Part shown: positions 17,927-27,162 of the stretch, one piece after another
How positions within the stretch are numbered: position 1 is the first letter of the stretch
Layout of the letters: each line of letters begins with the position of its first letter
NCBI GenBank assembly: GCA_032128375.1
Contig: JAQBGU010000237.1
Location: 1 to 45,071, forward strand
DNA length: 45,071 bases
Direction: 5' to 3'
DNA from: Deltaproteobacteria bacterium
GTDB lineage: Bacteria > Myxococcota_A > UBA9160 > SMWR01
Notes under the pieces: model-generated
Seen by the model: only the letters and a program-made list of their open reading frames with translations
Told to the model about the DNA's origin: nothing
Database searches by the model: none
Program-made: the position numbers and the translations under genes

Positions 17927-20172
17927 GTCGATTGTGCCCCCAGCAGGATCCGTGCATCGAGCCGACTGCTGGTCCCGATGAACACAGCGATGAGGAGCGC
18001 CGCGCAGCACAGCAGCAGGCCCAGCCGGAACGAACCGGGTGCAAAGCGGTACACCACTTCGTGCGAACCGGCGTCGAGGTGTACCCCGCGGAACAGCGCG
18101 TTCACCCGCTCGACAGCTCGTTCTTCTCCGTCCACGCTCACCCGCCATCCGGGGTAGTACAGGTCGGTCAGGACCACGAGACATGACGTCGTGCAGATGG
18201 CGTGCAAGCGAACTTCTTCGGGCTCGTACGAGGTGATGACCACCACGTCGTCGCTGGCTTGGCGTTGCGTGCAGGGCCGATTGAGCCGGGCCGCTATGCT
18301 GCCGGCAGGAGGGACGGGACCCGTGACCACGGCCTCTGTGAGAGGGTGAAAATCGGAACTCTCGAGCGAGCGCATCGCTGCATGGAAGTCGGGCTCGAAT
18401 CGATTGCACCGAACTGCGTAGCTACGCGGAACTGCGTTCGGCCGCTCCAGCAGCAGGAACTCGCCCATCGGACGCGGTTGGCCGATCATGCCCGTGTTGC
18501 GATAGGCCCGTAGTCCGCCCGGTGTTCGTGCGGCCGACTCGCGAGCGATGTAGTAGCGAACGCTCATCAGGTCGAGGAGCTTCCGGAGTGGACGCTGCGG
18601 AGCGGCTCGAGGGTCGGGCTCGAGATCGAGAAACCCGTGCCACGCACTCGACTCGGACTTCAGAAAGAACCCCTGGTAGTCCGCTGGCATGGTCGGTTCG
18701 TAGTCGGGTAGTGAGAAGAATTGGTTCATCATTCCCGGCTTGACTCCGAGGTGTTGCCGTCCCCTCGTGCTGGCCGATATCCAGGCGCGATCGCGCCGCT
18801 CTCCGTGGCCGTTGAGTGCGTCGACGAGGGACGCCGGAGCAGGCGGCGCCGGAAACTCAAACAGCAGGTTCTCGCTCGCTCGAGCCGTGCGGGTGTACAC
18901 GTCCACCGCGATCACCAGAAGCAGTGCTGTTGCGAGCGCAGAAATGCCCGGCCGAGCCGCGCGCGCCAGCACGTCTGTCAGGCCCTCGAACGCAATCCCG
19001 GTGACGAGCGCCGCGAGAAACATGTAGACAAACGAAAGTCGCATGGGGACCCGAAAGAAGTCTCCGAGCGGAAGTGCGTAGTACATCTCGTAGACCGGGG
19101 TCGAGAGCCCTGCCATGAAGAGTCCCGCCAGCAGCGTCGCCGACACAAAGAAAACGAAGTGTAATCTCTGTGCTTTCGCGAAGACGCCCAATGGCAGAAG
19201 CAGAACTCCGAACACCGGCCACACGACCAGTAGTTGAAGCAGGGTCGGTTCCTCGCTCAAGAACGCTGCACCGAGGAGCCCGGTGGAGAGCATGTCGAGG
19301 GAAATCGATCCGTAGGTCGCTTGCGCGATGGTGACTCCTTGGAACCCCCGCACCGCGCCTCGGGCGAGTTCGAGGGCCGGCAAGAGCTGCGGGGCTGAGA
19401 GACCGAGCGCCAACAGACCTCCACACGCCGCGAGGCCGAGGGCTCGCTTCCGCGCGCCTCGCTCGGTGATGAAAAAGACGCCGAAAATGCCGTATGCCCC
19501 CGCCAGCTGCATTTCGTAGACGAAGCCCTGAGAGTGCCCACCGAGAAAGGCCAACGCGACCACCGTTCCGAGCGTCCCCACCCAACGCCAGCGCAGTTCG
19601 GACAAGAGGCCGTGCACGGCCCAGAGGATCGCCGGAAGCCACGCTTCGGTGGATAGATAGGCGGTGATGCCGAGGCTGGCGATCACGGGCGTGGAGAACA
19701 TGTAGACGATGCCCACGACGGCGCGCGCGGTGGCGTTGAGCCCGAGGCGCGCTGCGAACAGCCACGCAAACCATCCGGCAATCCACAGGTGAAGGACCGC
19801 GTGGATCGCGAGAGCGCGCTCGGCGGAGAAACTGAGGAGCAGCGCCAGATTGGGTGGGTAGAGCACGCCAGGAACGTGAAGCGCGAGAAACGGCTGCCCC
19901 GCGAACGAGTAGGGGTTCCAGAGCGGGAGGTGATGGTCTCGCAGTTCGTTGTGAATGAAGGTTGCGGTGGGGTGAAAATAGCTGGTCCAGTCTTCGAATT
20001 GGATCGAAGCCGGCGACGTGTCACTGTCATGGATGCGGTGCAGCCAGAAGGCGGACGCAGCCAGCAGCAGCAACGCTGGAACGACGATCCCAGCCAGGCC
20101 GTCCAGGCGTCGGCCCCTCCTTGTCGCACGCAATCTCAGCGGCGCCTCGTCGCGAAATCCATTCTGTGTCAT
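17923..20172 (-). CDS. YfhO-like GT-C membrane glycosyltransferase (copy 1)
   Basis: 749 aa. LPLWNPYSFAGQPFLA, LYPPN, WLP, GGHSQ, PQLLP, FRVPMR; C-terminal VLTDLYYPGWRVSVDG...NALFRGV...GSHEVVYRFAP plus terminal TM. Confidence 0.85.
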   Translation of the reverse strand: MTQNGFRDEAPLRLRATRRGRRLDGLAGIVVPALLLLAASAFWLHRIHDSDTSPASIQFEDWTSYFHPTATFIHNELRDHHLPLWNPYSFAGQPFLALHVPGVLYPPNLALLLSFSAERALAIHAVLHLWIAGWFAWLFAARLGLNATARAVVGIVYMFSTPVIASLGITAYLSTEAWLPAILWAVHGLLSELRWRWVGTLGTVVALAFLGGHSQGFVYEMQLAGAYGIFGVFFITERGARKRALGLAACGGLLALGLSAPQLLPALELARGAVRGFQGVTIAQATYGSISLDMLSTGLLGAAFLSEEPTLLQLLVVWPVFGVLLLPLGVFAKAQRLHFVFFVSATLLAGLFMAGLSTPVYEMYYALPLGDFFRVPMRLSFVYMFLAALVTGIAFEGLTDVLARAARPGISALATALLLVIAVDVYTRTARASENLLFEFPAPPAPASLVDALNGHGERRDRAWISASTRGRQHLGVKPGMMNQFFSLPDYEPTMPADYQGFFLKSESSAWHGFLDLEPDPRAAPQRPLRKLLDLMSVRYYIARESAARTPGGLRAYRNTGMIGQPRPMGEFLLLERPNAVPRSYAVRCNRFEPDFHAAMRSLESSDFHPLTEAVVTGPVPPAGSIAARLNRPCTQRQASDDVVVITSYEPEEVRLHAICTTSCLVVLTDLYYPGWRVSVDGEERAVERVNALFRGVHLDAGSHEVVYRFAPGSFRLGLLLCCAALLIAVFIGTSSRLDARILLGAQST

Positions 20173-20185
20173 AGATCAGGCTCGC

Positions 20186-22402
20186 TCAGTCGAAACGGGT
20201 TCGCGACGCAGCCAGTCGCCTCGAGGGCGTGGCGCTCCTCACTTCGCAATAGATCACCCACAGTGCCATGCCGGAGGCGAGACCCAACAGCCCAATGCCG
20301 ATCCGAAGCGACATCGGCGCGAAGAAATAGCGGACGTGGTGGCGGCCGGCACCGAGTACGACACCCCGAAAAATCCCATTTGCCGCAAAGAGAAGCTGCT
20401 CCTGGCCGTCGACTTCCACTCGCCAGCCGGGATACCGGAGATCGGTCAGCACGAGCAGGCAGGGCGCAGTGCAAACGGCATCGACCAGGACCACGTCGGT
20501 CGTGTATTCGCGGATGGGGGCGGCGCGAAGCGGTTCGCGGCTGCGCTCCGTGCAGGCCGCCACCAATGGGGCCAGAGCCGGGGAGCCGGGCTCGGGATTC
20601 GTGACGCTGGCCTGGCTCATCGGGTCGAAGTCGTCTGCGAGCAGCAACTCGATCGCGGCGTCGCGATCTGGCATCGGCCGGACACAGGAAACGGTGTAGC
20701 TACGGGGTAGCGCTGAGTCACTCTCGACCACGATCGCGCGCTTCGAGAGCGACTGTACCGGTCCGCCCGCGAAGCCTCGAAGAGACCGGAATCGCTCGAT
20801 CCCACTGGCGTCTTGTGCAATCGCGGTGTAGCGATGCACCGACATCAAATCCAGCAATCGCTTCAGTTGTCGGTCGTCCCGCTCTGTATCGCTGCGCAGT
20901 AAACGGAGCATGCCGTGCCAAAGCGGCATTCGGGGTCGGAAGTAGGCGCGATAGGCGTCAGGGATCGCGGGATCGTAGTCGGGCACGACGAAGATCCCGT
21001 GTAGCATGCCTGCCTTCGGCTGCGCGAGAAACGACACCTCGTTCTCCAAGAAAGTGCGCCCGTATTTCACGCGTGATGGTGTGGCGTCGCTCAGGTAGCT
21101 GAACGCCGAGCGTCCCGTCCACTTTTCAGCGGCCGCTGACTCGAGAATCGAAGGGTGGTAGTACACCTGGTCGGTGCGCAGGTAGACATCAGCGCACACC
21201 GCGGATGCGGCCGCCAGCGCGAGTAACCGTGCAAGTCGACTTCGGCCCCTGCGCTCCAGAAGTGCCTGGCAGGAATCGACGCCCATTGCGAGCAAGAGTG
21301 CGATGACCAGCAGGTACACAAATGAGATGCGGGTTGGGAGGCGGAACACATCTCCCAGCGGCAGGCGGTGGTAGAGCGGGAAGACAGGGCTTTGGGGCCC
21401 GATCATGAACAGCGCCAGAAACACCGCCGTGGCGGCGAAGAAGAACCACTGATCGCGCGATCTGGCGTTGCAGAGTCCGATGGCCACGAGAGGAATTCCG
21501 AGTATTGGCCAGATCAACGGGGCCGAGGTCGCTGCGGCGAAGGGTGAGCCGAGAAGCGACCACAACAACCGGTTCCACGGAACGTAGCCAGCACTCGCTT
21601 CCGCGAGCGAGAGGCCGTCGAGGCCGCGGACCGCTTCGCCGGCGTGGTGGAGGGCGGTGGGTAGGAGCTGTGGCGCCGCAAACCCGAGGCTCAGCGCGCC
21701 GGCCAGCAATACGAGGCCAACAACTTTGAGCCGTTCGTCTGCGGCCGTCACTCGCCACAGCCCGAAGGCACCGTAGAGACCGGCGAACTGCAACATGTAC
21801 AGGAGCGCCTGCGTGTGACCGCCGAGGAAGGCCAGTGAGACGAATGCGGCCAGCGCTACGCTCCAGCGCGGTCTCGCCTCTGTGAGAAGACCGTGGAGCG
21901 CCCACAGCATCGCCGGCAGCCAGGCCTGGGTATACAGGAAGGCCACCAGGTAGATGCCCCACAGCATCGGCGCAGACAGCCCGTACATGACCGCTGCCGA
22001 GATCCGCGCTGCGCCGCCCAACCCGAGACGCCCGCATAGCAACCAGGTGAAGAAGGCCGCCGCCGTGAAGTGAAAGACCGAGAGTACGTCGAGGGCTCGC
22101 GCCGGGGAGAACAGCCAGAGCGCCACCAGATTGGGTGGATAGAGAATACCGGCGATGTGATTCGCAAGGATGGGCTGCCCCGCGAACTGATAGGGGTTCC
22201 ACACTGGAAGCCGTCCGGATTGCAGTTCGTTGTGGAGGAAGACCAGGTTCGGCCAGGTGAACGACAACAGGTCGCTGTTGGGCAGACGATTCAACTGGCC
22301 AGGTTGATCGAGATGGATACGGTGAACCCAGAACAGCGTCATGGCGACGCCCAGTACCGACACTGCGATCAAGGCCGAGCCGTGCCTCTGCGCGATCTTC
22401 AC
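20186..22402 (-). CDS. YfhO-like GT-C membrane glycosyltransferase (copy 2)
   Basis: Start estimated at GTG 22402. LPVWNPYQFAGQPILA, LYPPN, GGHTQ, PQLLP, FRLPTR, VLTDLRYPGWRVEVDG...NGIFRGV...GRHHVRYFFAP. Confidence 0.85.
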   Translation of the reverse strand: MKIAQRHGSALIAVSVLGVAMTLFWVHRIHLDQPGQLNRLPNSDLLSFTWPNLVFLHNELQSGRLPVWNPYQFAGQPILANHIAGILYPPNLVALWLFSPARALDVLSVFHFTAAAFFTWLLCGRLGLGGAARISAAVMYGLSAPMLWGIYLVAFLYTQAWLPAMLWALHGLLTEARPRWSVALAAFVSLAFLGGHTQALLYMLQFAGLYGAFGLWRVTAADERLKVVGLVLLAGALSLGFAAPQLLPTALHHAGEAVRGLDGLSLAEASAGYVPWNRLLWSLLGSPFAAATSAPLIWPILGIPLVAIGLCNARSRDQWFFFAATAVFLALFMIGPQSPVFPLYHRLPLGDVFRLPTRISFVYLLVIALLLAMGVDSCQALLERRGRSRLARLLALAAASAVCADVYLRTDQVYYHPSILESAAAEKWTGRSAFSYLSDATPSRVKYGRTFLENEVSFLAQPKAGMLHGIFVVPDYDPAIPDAYRAYFRPRMPLWHGMLRLLRSDTERDDRQLKRLLDLMSVHRYTAIAQDASGIERFRSLRGFAGGPVQSLSKRAIVVESDSALPRSYTVSCVRPMPDRDAAIELLLADDFDPMSQASVTNPEPGSPALAPLVAACTERSREPLRAAPIREYTTDVVLVDAVCTAPCLLVLTDLRYPGWRVEVDGQEQLLFAANGIFRGVVLGAGRHHVRYFFAPMSLRIGIGLLGLASGMALWVIYCEVRSATPSRRLAASRTRFD

Positions 22403-22442
22403 GACAGGATGCCTGGGGTCGGGTTCCGTTGCGTTTGGCTGA

Positions 22443-23225
22443 TCACGGCCTCCGCCCAAGCAACAGCAGAGAGACACCGAAGGGGATGCGAATACCCAGC
22501 AGTCGAGCTTCGAACGAGAACACGAACGCGAGTATTTCGTTCAGCGGGCCGTCTTTCACGATGTCGAAGTCCGTCGAAACGCTGGCTTCGTCCTCTGCGC
22601 GCCGTGCGGGTAGCCGCCGGGCGAGAAGCCGGATGGCCGCGATCGGTGGGAAGAGCAGCGAGTTGAAGTAGCGCACCATGCTGACTTCGAAACCCGCCGC
22701 GCGCACGCGTTCCGCGAGTTGGTTGAGCGTATAGCGGCGATAGTGGTGGCCCACTTCGTCGATGTTGCCCCACAGGAACGCGAAGGCGGGAACGCTGATC
22801 AGTAGCGTGCCGCCCGGCCGGCAGACCCGATGCAGTTCGGAGAGCGCTTGCGCGTCATCTTCGACGTGCTCGATTGCGTCGAGAGCCGAAACGACGTCGA
22901 AGGTTGCACTCTTGAAGGGGAGGCTCTCAGCATTCGCCTGGTAGGCGAACGAGTGTACGCCTCGGTACACACTCAAGGGTCCGCGCTCGATATCGATGCC
23001 GTGGATCGCGCTCGTTGGGTAATGGGCCTTTAGGATGTCGAGGTTGCTACCAGCCCCGCAGCCACAATCCAGGACCGTTCGGGCGTTTGAACTCGTGCGC
23101 TGGAGCGCGGCCAGCAGCACGGCTCGTCGTCCGCGAAACCACCAGTGGCTTCGCTCGATCTCGAGGAGTTGCTTGTAGAGCCTGGGGTCCAATTTTCGTC
23201 CATCTGATCGCAACGACGGGGTCAT
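22443..23225 (-). CDS. Class I SAM-dependent methyltransferase of the type found next to GtrB-like glycosylation genes
   Basis: 260 aa. ERSHWWFRGRR, VLDCGCGAG, LPFKSATFD, DAIEHVEDD, CRPGG, VPAFAFLW..D...HHYRRY, PFGVSL. Confidence 0.88.
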   Translation of the reverse strand: MTPSLRSDGRKLDPRLYKQLLEIERSHWWFRGRRAVLLAALQRTSSNARTVLDCGCGAGSNLDILKAHYPTSAIHGIDIERGPLSVYRGVHSFAYQANAESLPFKSATFDVVSALDAIEHVEDDAQALSELHRVCRPGGTLLISVPAFAFLWGNIDEVGHHYRRYTLNQLAERVRAAGFEVSMVRYFNSLLFPPIAAIRLLARRLPARRAEDEASVSTDFDIVKDGPLNEILAFVFSFEARLLGIRIPFGVSLLLLGRRP

Positions 23226-23404
23226 GGTCGCCGCCCCAGCGCAGTCTCCAACCTCACTCGAACTCGAGTGGAGAGCTGGGGCGCCACGATCGTCTGGTAG
23301 AGTATCAGGTGTTTGTATTCACGGGTCCGAGCTGATGATCCCGAAATCCTCTGGCAACGGCAGAAAACGGCTGCCAAGCGACGTGACTGCGAAACGAGGT
23401 CGGA

Positions 23405-24979
23405 TTGCCGGCGAATGAGAGTTCGGTCCCGCGCTGGGTGTTGGTCTTGCTGTTCGTCGTGTTGAGCATCGAGACGGCGCTATTCGTTGTGTACGGCCGT
23501 TTCAACATCGATGAAGGCATGCACCTGAACGCGGGTCGACTGATGTTTGACCGCGGCCTGCTCCCGTACCGCGACTTTCCGTTTTCTCAGGCGCCTGGCG
23601 GCCCGCTGCTCTACGGCGCGGCAGGTGCTCTCTTTGGAACCTCGCTGCTGGTCGGTCGCAGCGTTTCCGCATTGATGAGTCTCGTGACTGTCGCCGCGAT
23701 GGCATGGTTCGCGCATCGAACCGAAGGGCGGGTCGCCGCAGCACTGGTGTTGTTGTTGGTGATCGTCACCTTTCCGGCGCTGTGGGTGTTCGCGCAGATT
23801 CGCACGGAGGCTCCATCGATCTGTCTCGCGACGCTCGCGACGATTGCATGGCTTTCCCGGAAAGGGGCGAAGCCCGAGTTCCAAGCCGGCGCGGTGATTC
23901 GATGGGCGCTCGCGCCGTCCCTGCTGGTGTGGGCCACGGCGTTTCGGTTGACCTACGCGGTGCCGCTGGCCGCCGTCTGTCTACTGGTCTTCTGGGAACT
24001 TCGCCGCTCGCCGCGCACGCTGGCATGGACCATCGGGATCGTCGGGCTGAATGGCGTCGTCGCGGTGATTCCGATGCTCGCTTTCTGGCAAGAGAGTTTC
24101 TTTCACATCATCGAAGCACAATGGACCCGTGCCGAACGATTGGAGTTGGAGCAGCTCCCGCTGTCCGCGAGGATCTGGTTTTTCCTGCAACCCGAGACCG
24201 GCTTTGCAAGCATCTTACTGCTGAGCGGTTTTCCGCTGTTCGAACTCTTTCGCCAGCTGCGGCGCGGTTGGCGACCGTGGGCGACCGCAACGCATTTGGA
24301 ATCCGCAACCCAGCTGACGTTTCTGATTGCGATGGCCGGCCTCAGTTACTTTCCATTGCTGATTTTCAAGCTCGGTTTCTCTCAGTATTTCGTGAATGCG
24401 GCGCTGCTGCTGATGCTGGCGATTGGGATCTCGATTCCGCTCGCAGCGCGTCGGTCGAAGAGCCATTGGATCGCGGTGTCAGCGGCGTTCGCGATCGCGT
24501 GGGTCGCGAGCGCCGCGATATCCCTCGACCATCTAGATAAATGGGTGTCGACCGAGGCTCCTACGGTCGGGCGGCTCGCGACGGTTCGACACGAGATCGA
24601 ACAGCTCACGCCCGATGGGTGCACGATGATGACGTTCGAAACCTATCTCGCAGTCGAAGCCGGCTGCGAGGTGACGCCAGGCCTCGAGTACTCGTATTTT
24701 TCCTTCTTCCCCGAGATGTCGGTTCGCGACGCGCGCGCCCGCGGTGTGCTGAACCGGGAACTATTGCTGTTCGGCCTTCGCAGCGATCCTCCGGAGTACG
24801 TGGCCCTGACCCACCGAGCCGCGAAACGGATCGCAGGACGCGAGTTCGACCCGGATCGACCCCCGATTTTCGAGAGCATGCGCGGTCGCTATCGACTGAT
24901 TCAAACGCTGAAGCTGCCGATCGGACCGGTCTACCGGTTCTGGACCGAGGTCTTCCTGTACGCGCGCAACGACCTGTAG
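23405..24979 (+). CDS. GT-C fold glycosyltransferase (ArnT/PMT-2-like)
   Basis: 524 aa polytopic protein. NIDEG, LPYRDFPFSQAPG, GRxxS, RTE loop; soluble C-terminal domain. Confidence 0.75.
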   Translation: MPANESSVPRWVLVLLFVVLSIETALFVVYGRFNIDEGMHLNAGRLMFDRGLLPYRDFPFSQAPGGPLLYGAAGALFGTSLLVGRSVSALMSLVTVAAMAWFAHRTEGRVAAALVLLLVIVTFPALWVFAQIRTEAPSICLATLATIAWLSRKGAKPEFQAGAVIRWALAPSLLVWATAFRLTYAVPLAAVCLLVFWELRRSPRTLAWTIGIVGLNGVVAVIPMLAFWQESFFHIIEAQWTRAERLELEQLPLSARIWFFLQPETGFASILLLSGFPLFELFRQLRRGWRPWATATHLESATQLTFLIAMAGLSYFPLLIFKLGFSQYFVNAALLLMLAIGISIPLAARRSKSHWIAVSAAFAIAWVASAAISLDHLDKWVSTEAPTVGRLATVRHEIEQLTPDGCTMMTFETYLAVEAGCEVTPGLEYSYFSFFPEMSVRDARARGVLNRELLLFGLRSDPPEYVALTHRAAKRIAGREFDPDRPPIFESMRGRYRLIQTLKLPIGPVYRFWTEVFLYARNDL

Positions 24980-24986
24980 TCTGTCT

Positions 24987-25017
24987 GTAGCCGGTAGCCG
25001 GTAGCCGGTAGCCGGTA
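24987..25017. repeat. Intergenic heptanucleotide tandem repeat (GTAGCCG)x4 + GTA
   Basis: Read directly: gtagccg gtagccg gtagccg gtagccg gta, between the stop at 24979 and the start at 25040. Confidence 0.9.
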
Positions 25018-25039
25018 TAGTAGAAGCGCCACATCGAGG

Positions 25040-25765
25040 TTGTGCCCATTGCAGCGAGCGAAGGGATGGAGTCGGCTGTTACTGGCCACGGTCGGGTGTG
25101 TGCTGGCGCCCGCCCTGTCGTCTGCAGCCGTGATCGTATTGATCGGCGATTCGATCACCCAGGGTCGCGTCGCCGGAGAGGGGCGCTCGTTCGCCGAGCA
25201 CCTGCAGGTCTTGCGGCCCGACGACCAGATCCGAAATGCAGGCTGCGCCGGGTCCACGACTGGAGACTGGATCCGACCCCGTCCGGAATCTCCAAGCTGC
25301 ACGATCGGGGGGGCCTACCGGCTGAACGCGAAGCCTCACATGCCCGCCGATCTGGCAATCATCATGCTCGGTGCGAACGATGCGACCGGCTACTACGAAC
25401 TGAATCCGATCGAACCGGATGAATACCGATCGAATCTCGACGAGTTGATTCGGCTCACACTGTCCGATGTGGCGCGCGTCGTGTTGCTGACTCCGACCCT
25501 CAACCCGCAGGCAGAAGAAGCGGTACACAAACGCCTCGAGTCGTATCGAAGCGCGGTACTGGAGCTGTGCGGCTCGCGAGATCGTGTGCTGTGCGGACCC
25601 GACATTCAAAAGACCGTCGACGGACCATCCCAAGGCCTCGACGAACTGCATCCCAATGAACTGGGGCATCGCAACATCGCGGAGCAGCTCGACCATTTCT
25701 TGACGGAACTGTTCTTGACGGAACCATTCTTGACGGAAAGACCCGTCCCGGTAGCGCCGCAATGA
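25040..25765 (+). CDS. Secreted SGNH/GDSL esterase
   Basis: 241 aa. Signal-peptide-like N-terminus, IGDSITQG, NAGCAG, MLGAND, DELHPNELGH (all four canonical blocks). Confidence 0.88.
   Translation: MCPLQRAKGWSRLLLATVGCVLAPALSSAAVIVLIGDSITQGRVAGEGRSFAEHLQVLRPDDQIRNAGCAGSTTGDWIRPRPESPSCTIGGAYRLNAKPHMPADLAIIMLGANDATGYYELNPIEPDEYRSNLDELIRLTLSDVARVVLLTPTLNPQAEEAVHKRLESYRSAVLELCGSRDRVLCGPDIQKTVDGPSQGLDELHPNELGHRNIAEQLDHFLTELFLTEPFLTERPVPVAPQ
25697..25738. repeat. 15-bp-period direct repeat, core TTCTTGACGGAA x3 (encodes FLTEL-FLTEP-FLTER)
   Basis: Cores at 25697-25708, 25712-25723 and 25727-25738, in the 3' end of the SGNH gene. Confidence 0.85.
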
Positions 25766-27144
25766 CCAAGGGTCTTCTCGCGATGGCCGCCGCGGCGGTC
25801 GTTGGCTGCGGCAATTCGCCGGCTCCGACAACCGCTCCCGCACCCGACGTCATCCTGGTGACTCTCGACACCACGCGCGCCGATCACCTCGGCGTGTACG
25901 GGTACCCCCGCAACATTTCGCCATCGATCGATCACTTCGCTGCGGACAGCGTGACCTTTCAGCGCGCATGGGCGTCGGGCGCCTGGACGCTCCCGACCCA
26001 TGCATCGATGCTGACCGGCAAGTACGCGTCCAGACACGGCGCGCGGTTCGACGTTTCCGGGTCGGATGTTTCGCTGTCCGAGGTGCTGGAGGGCGAGTTC
26101 TTCACAAAGCACAAGGCCAGTCGGTTGCCCGAGCAGGAGGTGACGCTTGCGGAGCTGCTGGTCGAGCGCGGTTATGCGACCGCAGCGTTCGCCGGCGGGC
26201 CCTGGCTGGCGTCGCCATTCGGGCTGATGCAGGGCTACCAGGTCGCCGATACGGTTGTAACCGGGATCGCGGGGCGATCGGCCGCAGAGCTGACCGATCG
26301 CATGGTCGACTGGATCGAGTCGATTCCGCGCGATCAGCCGTTGCACGCGTTGATCAACTACTTCGATCCCCACTCTCCTTACGAACCGCCCGCCGGTTTC
26401 GACGATCTACCGGGTGCGAAAGTCCCGATCGATAGCGACGAAATTTTCGTCAATGCCGGTCGAAAACTGACCGAGCCACAGCGGCAGGTGATCATCGATC
26501 GCTACGACGGCGAAATTCGATACATGGATCATCACTTCGGCCGCCTGATGGATGCGCTGCGCAAGATCGGTCGCTATGAGGACAGCCTGATCATCGTCGT
26601 AGGCGACCACGGAGAGCTGATCGGCGAACACGGTTTTCTCGGACACGGCCGCTGGCTCTACGAAGCGGTCGTTCGCGTGCCGATGCTCGTCCACTACCCG
26701 GGCGGCAGAAGGGCTGGCAGCGTGGAGACCGCCATGGTGTCGCAGGTCGATTTGCTGGAGATGATTGCATCGGAGCTGGGGTTCGCTCTTCCAGACCAGC
26801 TCGATTCGGTCCCGATCGGGATGCGTGAATACCTGCTCGCCGAGGCATTTCGCGATCCGTTTTCGGTGAACACCTACGGCGATCGATACGACCGCGATCT
26901 CGTTGCGTTGCTGCGCTGGCCCGCGAAGTTGATCGTGAGCGACACGGGTGTCAGTGAGGTCTACGACCTCGCGAGTGACCCCGAGGAGCGGGAAATCTCA
27001 ACCGGAGCCGCGCTTTCGGACGACCTCCGGCGCGCGCTGGCCGAGGCGCTGGGTGCCCTTGGGCCGCGGCGTGTGACCACTCCCCCGAGCGGCGTCAGTC
27101 CACAAGTGCAGCAGAACCTGCGCGAACTCGGATATATCGACTGA
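25762..27144 (+). CDS. Sulfatase-like (alkaline phosphatase superfamily) lipoprotein with Thr at the nucleophile position
   Basis: 460 aa. Lipobox VVG-C, VILVTLDTTRADH, WTLPTHASMLTG, NYFDPHSPY, YDGEIRYMD, GDHGE, GH...LYE...RVP, YDLASDPEE, C-terminal LRELGYID. Confidence 0.88.
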   Translation: MTKGLLAMAAAAVVGCGNSPAPTTAPAPDVILVTLDTTRADHLGVYGYPRNISPSIDHFAADSVTFQRAWASGAWTLPTHASMLTGKYASRHGARFDVSGSDVSLSEVLEGEFFTKHKASRLPEQEVTLAELLVERGYATAAFAGGPWLASPFGLMQGYQVADTVVTGIAGRSAAELTDRMVDWIESIPRDQPLHALINYFDPHSPYEPPAGFDDLPGAKVPIDSDEIFVNAGRKLTEPQRQVIIDRYDGEIRYMDHHFGRLMDALRKIGRYEDSLIIVVGDHGELIGEHGFLGHGRWLYEAVVRVPMLVHYPGGRRAGSVETAMVSQVDLLEMIASELGFALPDQLDSVPIGMREYLLAEAFRDPFSVNTYGDRYDRDLVALLRWPAKLIVSDTGVSEVYDLASDPEEREISTGAALSDDLRRALAEALGALGPRRVTTPPSGVSPQVQQNLRELGYID

Positions 27145-27162
27145 ATCAGGCCAGATTTCTCT

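Noticed and set aside
17927..18409. N-terminal extension of the 622-aa sulfatase ORF
   Set aside because: Overlaps the YfhO-like gene in another frame; the GTGA overlap at 17926 gives a clean start followed by a TM anchor.
24987..25017. Short repeats here and at 25697, 34177 and 44049 as a CRISPR array
   Set aside because: Units are 7-15 bp and contiguous with no unique spacers; no cas genes in the window.
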